A DNA stretch of 64,000 bases. Origin: the human T2T-CHM13v2.0 reference genome, Homo sapiens. Positions 57,304 to 64,000 of the stretch are shown here, one piece after another. The notes below the pieces were generated by a model, which was given only the letters and a program-made list of their open reading frames with translations, had not been told where the DNA came from and did not search any database. Positions within the stretch are counted from its first letter, which is position 1. Each line of letters begins with the position of its first letter. The stretch is taken from NCBI RefSeq assembly GCF_009914755.1, contig NC_060930.1. The stretch is one strand, 5' to 3'. The position numbers were made by a program, and so were the translations under genes.

Positions 57304-59039
57304 GGTAGGTTACCCAAATATTGTGTTTTTAAGTACCGTTTGATAAACTGTGTATCACTACAGGTCCCTGTAGGTCACAATACCCTAGTCAATGTGACTT
57401 ACTTGTAGTAACTACTTCCACTTTGTCTATGATGGTGTCACTTCCTGGCATTTAATTTTCCAGAATTATCATTTTTCTCAAGACCATATAATCCAATTTC
57501 AGTTTCATTCCCCACCATCAGCTCTGCACCAAAGAATTCAGATGCCACAGAGCATTTTAAGACCACTGATGCCCTCCTCACTGATCCATTTCTTAATGCT
57601 ATAGGGAAGAAAATGTCTTCCAATCTTATAGCACAGGGTCTTATGTACAGAGGGCAGATGGCCATACTGTATTAGATTACAAAATCTCTATTGACTACTG
57701 ATTCCTTATTTTACAAGGTACTGTGGAAATTCTAGCTTTTCAACCTCATTAGCTATAGGCTATCTCTGAGTTCAAGCTTCAGTGAGCTAATGTGAAAGAA
57801 GATCAATAACACTTTCAGGAGTTTGAGCCAATGCTTGTATCCTGTGCTCTGGGTGATAGCACTCATGTCATTAAATTCAGTTCATTCAAGCTCTGTATTT
57901 CATATTCCTTGACATCCACCCCCAAACATACTCTTAAAGTTCTCATCTATATCGTAAGAAACTGCATATCTTTTTTTGTTAATAGACCATGTTATTATGG
58001 AGCAGTATTTGTGTTTAACCGTATCTCTTTGTTGTTATAATTTTCCCTGATGATTGGTGAAGTTGGGCACATTTTCATGTGTTGGCCATATGGCTATCCT
58101 CTTTTGTGAAGTGATTGTTCTATCACGTTGTTTGTGTTTTTTCTTACTGATTTGTAGAAATTCTTTTTATATTCTGAATAGTTCTTACACACACACACAC
58201 ATTGCCTCTCTTAATGGACCTCCTTTATATATTTGATTTGTTAATATTTAGGGATGTTTGCAACTGTGTTTATGAAAGATACTGATAAACATTTTTTATT
58301 TTTTTGTAAATCCTTGTAATGTTTTTAAGTCTAGCTTATGCTGGCCTTATAAAAAGAATTAATGAATACAAAATGTTTACTTACTACCAACTTATATAAA
58401 AAAGATTAGTGAAGTTGTTGAATGAACACAAAAATTTAAAACTAAGAATGATTTATTAACATTGTAACCATATCAACATCCATATCCAATCTAGTCCTAC
58501 ATTTTATTTTAGTAGCAAAATTTTGAGAAAGTCCAGATTCCTGCAGCAAATAGCTACAAATAGAAGTATATTTTAGACCAGTAACCTAATATGTCTTAAA
58601 ATAGGTAGAGATGGCAGGAGTATTTGGAATCTAAACAAAAATGTTTTAATCTTAATAGGAACAGATGAATGGTGAATTATAGCCAAAACTCATAGTTAAC
58701 ACATGAATTAATGAATTTTTGTTATAGTATAATAGTTTAATTATATTTAAAATTATTAAATAATATAAATTATAATCTGAATTTAATCTTTATAAAATGC
58801 TCCCCCGTACCCCAGTTGACATAACCCTTAGACTTTACGGAACCTGTTTTGTTGCCACAACTGTAGATGAATCATCCAAGATAATAAGTAGTGTTTTTGA
58901 AAGACATTTTTAATTTTTTAAAGAATGAACCCTTGACAATGAGGGACATTGATACTAAAATACAAGCAAAATTTTTAGGTATTTTCTTTTTCAGATGATG
59001 ACTACTACTAAAATAAGTTGACTATAATTTAAAGGTTAG

Positions 59040-59362
<323 letters not shown>

Positions 59363-59384
59363 AGGAATTTCTTGTAAAAAGATG

Positions 59385-60837
59385 TTAGTGACCTATTGTG
59401 TCTCCAGAACCTTTTTCTTTTCCAATAAGCCTTTTCATGGCCCACTTGAACTCCTTATTCCTTAGTGGGATGGGTTCAAGGTGGGAGTAACAATGGAGTA
59501 AAATATATGGAGAAGTTTGCCCTCATCCTGAGATGGACTGTTTCCTGGCTCTATATACCTATATCTAACAGTCCCATAGAAGATGGATACCACAATGAGA
59601 TGGGAGAAACAGGTCCCAAATGCTTTTTGTCTTCCTGCTGCAGACTTGATCTTGAGTACAGCCACAGCAATGAAGCCATATGACACAAGAATGAGAAGAA
59701 GTGATGCAAGGAAAATGAAAACAACAACAACAACACAATGCAAATAAGGTTTCTGACAGAGCAGGAGCATCACCATCTTGGACAAGCCCCTTATTCTATA
59801 GTTCATTTTAATAAAAAACCACCTAATCCAAAGGGCTCAGCCTAATGGCTAAGGTCAGCACGACCATAAACCACAAATAACATCCCAACCAGAAACCTTC
59901 CAAACTCCTCCCCGACCAGAGTCATGCTAGCCTCTAGATAAGCCCTCTCAAGCTGGGAAGATGCTAGCCCAGAGATAACCCCCCTCCAGGCCAGAAAGAT
60001 GTCTGCCCCAAGATAACCTCCCCTCTTCCCAGAGAGATTCCAACCCCGCCATAAACTTCTCCACACACATAAACATTCCAAGCTTGTAATAAGCCCCCTC
60101 ACCCTAAAACCAATATATGTTCTTAGCCCCCTCACCCTAAAACCAATATATGAAATCAGCCAGGAGTGCTGTCAGGTTTTAATTAAGGAAAACCTGTCTT
60201 TAACTGCCAGCCACGTTTCGTGTTTCTTTCTTCTTTCTTTAACTCTTACAGTTTCCTCCATGACTGTGGTAGCCCCACATGCAATTTTGACCATTGCAGA
60301 TATTTCACAAAAATAGTGATCCAGGTGGTGGTCTCCGCATCGAGGAAGACTCACAGGACAGGGGGAAAGTATCATGCAATTAGTGACACCAATTAACCAG
60401 GTCATGGCCACCAGGCCTTGACAGAGTTGGGGGTTCATTATGGTCATATAGTCCAGAGGCTTGCAGACAGCATTGAATGGGTCATATGACATCACAGCCA
60501 GAAGCATACATTCAACCGTGCATAGCGTCACATTAGTGAAAAGTTGAAAAGCACAGCCACCAAAAGTGATTTTCTTGTCTTTACCCCAGGCATTGACCAA
60601 CATCTGTGGGACTATATTTGTGGTGTAACAAAGATCCAAGATAGCCAGATTTCTAAGAAAGAAATATATGGGGGTTTGGAGATGTTTATCCAGTAATGGC
60701 AGCAGGATAAGGACCATATTTCCCATCAAAGAAATTGCATAGAAGAAAAAGACAACCCCAGAGATGATCATCTCCAGCTGAGGCTTCCCAGGGAACCCAA
60801 GGAGCATAAGCTAACCAAAGTAACTATCATTGATCAT
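59385..60837 (-). pseudogene. OR2U1P: Olfactory receptor family 2 pseudogene disrupted by a stop, an LTR insertion and frameshifts
   Basis: MINDSYFG*LMLLGFPG...LQTPIYFFLRNL...MSYDPF...DHYFCE [LTR] ...KAFGTCFSHL...TPTLNP (fs) LRNKEFKWAMKRL. Symbol inferred from recalled cluster order. Confidence 0.8.
59754..60250 (+). mobile_element. Solo ERV1 LTR (LTR19-like) inside the OR coding exon
   Basis: TGACAGAGCAGGAGCATC...TTTAACTCTTACA, 497 bp, perfect 5-bp TSD GTTTC (59749-59753 and 60251-60255). Confidence 0.85.
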
Positions 60838-61443
60838 TTTTGCTATTTTCTGAATATCAGCTGTGAAAATTTAAAAAATAGTCAACATTTTGGAAGCCAT
60901 AATGAATATATTTAGATATAATATTAGCAGTATATATAGCTAGGAAAAGTACATAATGGGATTGAAAGAAAATATAAGTATTTTATATTTCACCATTGTT
61001 CTAATGTTTTATCTGTTTATCCAACTAAGTGTAAAATTTATACCCAGGGCAATTTGCCTTACAAGGTCTATATTCTCAATTACATTGTATATTTCTATAC
61101 CAAGGCAAAAAAAAAAAAATCTACAAAAATCTCAAAGGTGAATCATGAGCAAAATGGCTAAATAAAACTGGATGGATCTCCCCTTATTAAAAAGGATATT
61201 ACGAAGGGGTTAGAAATCTGTTACAAGTTATCACCTCCTTTAGCCAAGGGTTCATAGAGAATGCAGGTTTTATACCTTTTATGCCTTTTTTCTAATATTT
61301 AAGCTGAACAGTTTTAATCCTGCTGTCCACCTTCACTCTGCTATGTAAATCTTCTGACCTTAAATTTTTAAAATTCAAACTTTTTTCTTTCATCTCAAAA
61401 CTTGTATTTCCAAATATTATTTGCCTTTCCTTTCCAACTCCCT

Positions 61444-61800
61444 TGAGACAGCCAGGTGGGAGGTGTTCCCTGGAGAAACTCCAACCAGCCTGCCCACTGA
61501 GGTGGAGCCTCCAGAAGTTCATGATGTTTGCCACAGGAAGGAGCCTGGCTCCTCCTTTTCCTGTGTGGAACCTGGGATTCAAACACCTGGTCGGGAAGCA
61601 CTGTAGCAGGGACTCTGGCCTTCCAAGAGCCCGTGTTTCCCCCTTTACACCCAATAAAATCCTGTCTTACTCACCATTTAAGTTGTGAGTCTGAATTTTC
61701 ATGGCCATGGGACAAAGAACCCCCTTTTTAGCTGAACTAAGGAAAAGTCCTGCAATATTTTTTGGCACACAATGTGAGGGTTTGAGAAGCAATGAGTGAG
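61444..61800 (+). mobile_element. MER61A-like 5' LTR with PBS stub
   Basis: TGAGACAGCCAGGTGGGAGG...GGAAAAGTCCTGCAA(T)A followed by TGGCACACAATGTGAGGG. Confidence 0.75.
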
Positions 61801-61806
61801 GTGCAA

Positions 61807-62095
61807 ACTCACAGTTCCACATGGCTGGGGAGGCCTCACAATCATGGCAGAAGGTGAAGGAGGAGCAAAGTCACATCTTACATGGCATCAGGCAAGAAGA
61901 GTGTGCAGGGAAAATTCCCTTTATAAAACCATCAGATCTTGTGAGACTTATTTACTATCACGACAACAGCATGGGAAAGACCCATTCCCATGATTCAGTT
62001 ACCTCTCACTGGGTCCCTCCCATGCTCCCATGCAGGAATTATGGGAGCTACAACTGAAGATGAGATTTGGGTGGGGACACAGCCAAACCACATCA
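61807..62095 (-). mobile_element. THE1 (B/C-like) LTR, truncated
   Basis: CACAGTTCCACATGGCTGGGGAGGCCTCACAATCATGG...GGGGACACAGCCAAACCACATCA. Confidence 0.88.
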
Positions 62096-62099
62096 AACA

Positions 62100-63620
62100 C
62101 TGAAATAGAAAAAAAAAGACTTGAAACAAACCCACAGATCTGTGGAAATTTATTTATGACAAAGACAACACTACAGAAGAATAGAGAAAAATTATAATTT
62201 TCAATATATGGTGCTGGACCAATGGGATATTAATTAAAAAAATAAATTTGTCCCAACTTATACTGTGTATAAACATCTATTCCAGATAGATTGTAGATTT
62301 AGATGTGAAAGGGAAAAAGTATCTTCTAGAATAGGGTACGGAAACTTTTTTGGAAAGGCCAGATAGTAAATATTTTAGGCATTGTGTGTCATCAGGTCTC
62401 GGTCACAACTACTCAACTCTGTAGTTGTAGTGCTAAAGCAGCCATAGACAAAAGTAAGTAACTGGGTGTGGCTGTGTTCCTATAAAACTTTATAAAACAG
62501 ACACAAGTGGCCCACTGGCTACAGTTTCCCAACTCCTGTTTTAGAAATCAATATGAAATAATAACTTTATGGTATTATTAGGTATTATTAGGAAGAGGAA
62601 TTATTTCTGTAACTGGTCTTAAAAATCACTGACAGGTAAAAAATGATGAATACACTTCAATCATTGAAACTACAAAATTCTGTTCATCAGGTGACACCAT
62701 TAGGAGTCAAAAGACAAATCACAGAAAAGGAAGAGATATTTTTAGTGCTTGTGCTTGTTAAAAGGCATATCCAGAACATATAAATACTTCATATCAATAA
62801 GAAAAATAGTAAAAAATTGCAAAAACCTGAATAGATAAATCTCAAAGGGTAAACATAAGTGGCCAATGCATTTGTGAAATGGATGGTGCTCGTTTGCTTC
62901 AATAATCATAAAAGCAAAAATTATACCCATCATGCACTCACATCAGATTGACTAAAATTAAAAAGAAACCTAAGAAAACCAAATATTGATGAAGATGTAG
63001 AGCAATGGAAACACATACACTGATAAGTGTTTAATATGGTGCAACCACTCTGGAAAATTTTGGCAGTGTTTCAAAAAACCTGAGTACAAATATACAATGA
63101 GGATATATATACATATGCAAGATGAGCCAAAATACATGCATAAAATATTCTAAGCAGAATTGTTTCTGAGGTTTGAAAACGTGAAAAACTATAATTTTTA
63201 TGAAGACAGAATAAATAAATAAGTTGTATATGTATATTATGAAGTATTTACAGCTGTGGAAATAAGTGAAGTACAGAAATGCTTAATGCATAGATGAATC
63301 TTAAAAATATAATGTTATTTGAAAGAATTCAAGTACAACAGAATCCATGTATATAAAAATTAAAAAAATTAAACCATATTATTTGGAGATGCATAGTTAG
63401 GTAAGACATCTGTAAAGGAAAGGAAAAGTGTGAAATCTATATATGTAAGAATAATAATTAATGTTGAGAGAGAAGGATAGGGATTATAACCATGAAGCGG
63501 CACTTTGGCCACCTCTGAGTACATTTTTCTAAAACTTGACTTGGGTGGGCTTTTGGGTGTTCCATCACAGTGTATTGTACAATAATTCTTTAAGGTGTAC
63601 ATTTATGTTCTTTTGATCTG
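62100..63620 (+). mobile_element. Old L1M 3' region
   Basis: Degenerate ORF2 end and 3' UTR motifs (GGTGCAACCACTCTGGAAAA..TTGGCAGT; GATGAATCTTAAAAATATAATG). Confidence 0.65.
62332..62538. mobile_element. MER58A hAT MITE
   Basis: AAGGCCAGATAGTAAATATTTTAGGC core; 8-bp TSD TTCTAGAA/TTTTAGAA. Confidence 0.85.
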
Positions 63621-64000
63621 AAAATTTCTCCTGTCTGCTTTTGGTAACTTCCTTTTCTCTGTTTTCTCTCTCTTCTATTTTTTGAAAGATGTTGGAATTC
63701 CTGGAAAATGTGGCGTTCTTAATAGTCATAAAAGTACTAAATATATACTGCAAAATGCTAGGTGTGTCTCTGAGATTTAGGACAACTTCTGAAAGTACTG
63801 TCATTAACGGAGAAGCTGGAATAAAAAGAAAAGTCACTCCAGAGCTTAAGTAGTTCCTACAAGTATCTCAATTTATGATGCTTCAAAACAGCTATTGAAA
63901 CAATTTTACTTTAACTTATCTAATGGAGTATTTAGACTTCAAAATCCTATTAAGTTCATTTTTCATCCTCAAGAACTACAAAAATATCAAAATCAAATAT

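Noticed and set aside
57400-57900. Possible ERVL gag-region remnant
   Set aside because: Too degenerate to bound or name reliably by eye.

Overview
AT-rich, repeat-dense primate (very likely human) genomic DNA with no intact protein-coding gene. It holds three class II, family-2 olfactory receptor (OR) pseudogenes: + strand ~12.0-12.95 kb, - strand ~26.0-26.9 kb, and - strand ~59.4-60.8 kb, the last split by a solo LTR. Their order, orientation and spacing fit my recollection of the MHC-linked OR cluster on 6p22.1 (OR2H4P, OR2G1P, OR2U1P); the symbols are inferred, not looked up. The rest is layered retroelements: a 7.3-kb two-LTR HERV-H provirus with a tRNA-Phe-like primer-binding site nested in an L1, a 5.7-kb L1PA, several truncated L1s (two with apparent 3' transductions, one with a twin-priming inversion), ERVL/LTR16, THE1, MER4, LTR9-, LTR19- and MER61-like LTRs, Alus and hAT MITEs. 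I see no new protein system. The best leads are regulatory: a repeat-free island at ~56.3-56.8 kb with adjacent homeodomain and O/E motifs (candidate OR enhancer), OR-promoter-like motif clusters, and a TATA plus splice-donor first exon at ~20.7 kb. Repeat subfamily names come from recognising consensus sequences by eye and need RepeatMasker/Dfam confirmation.
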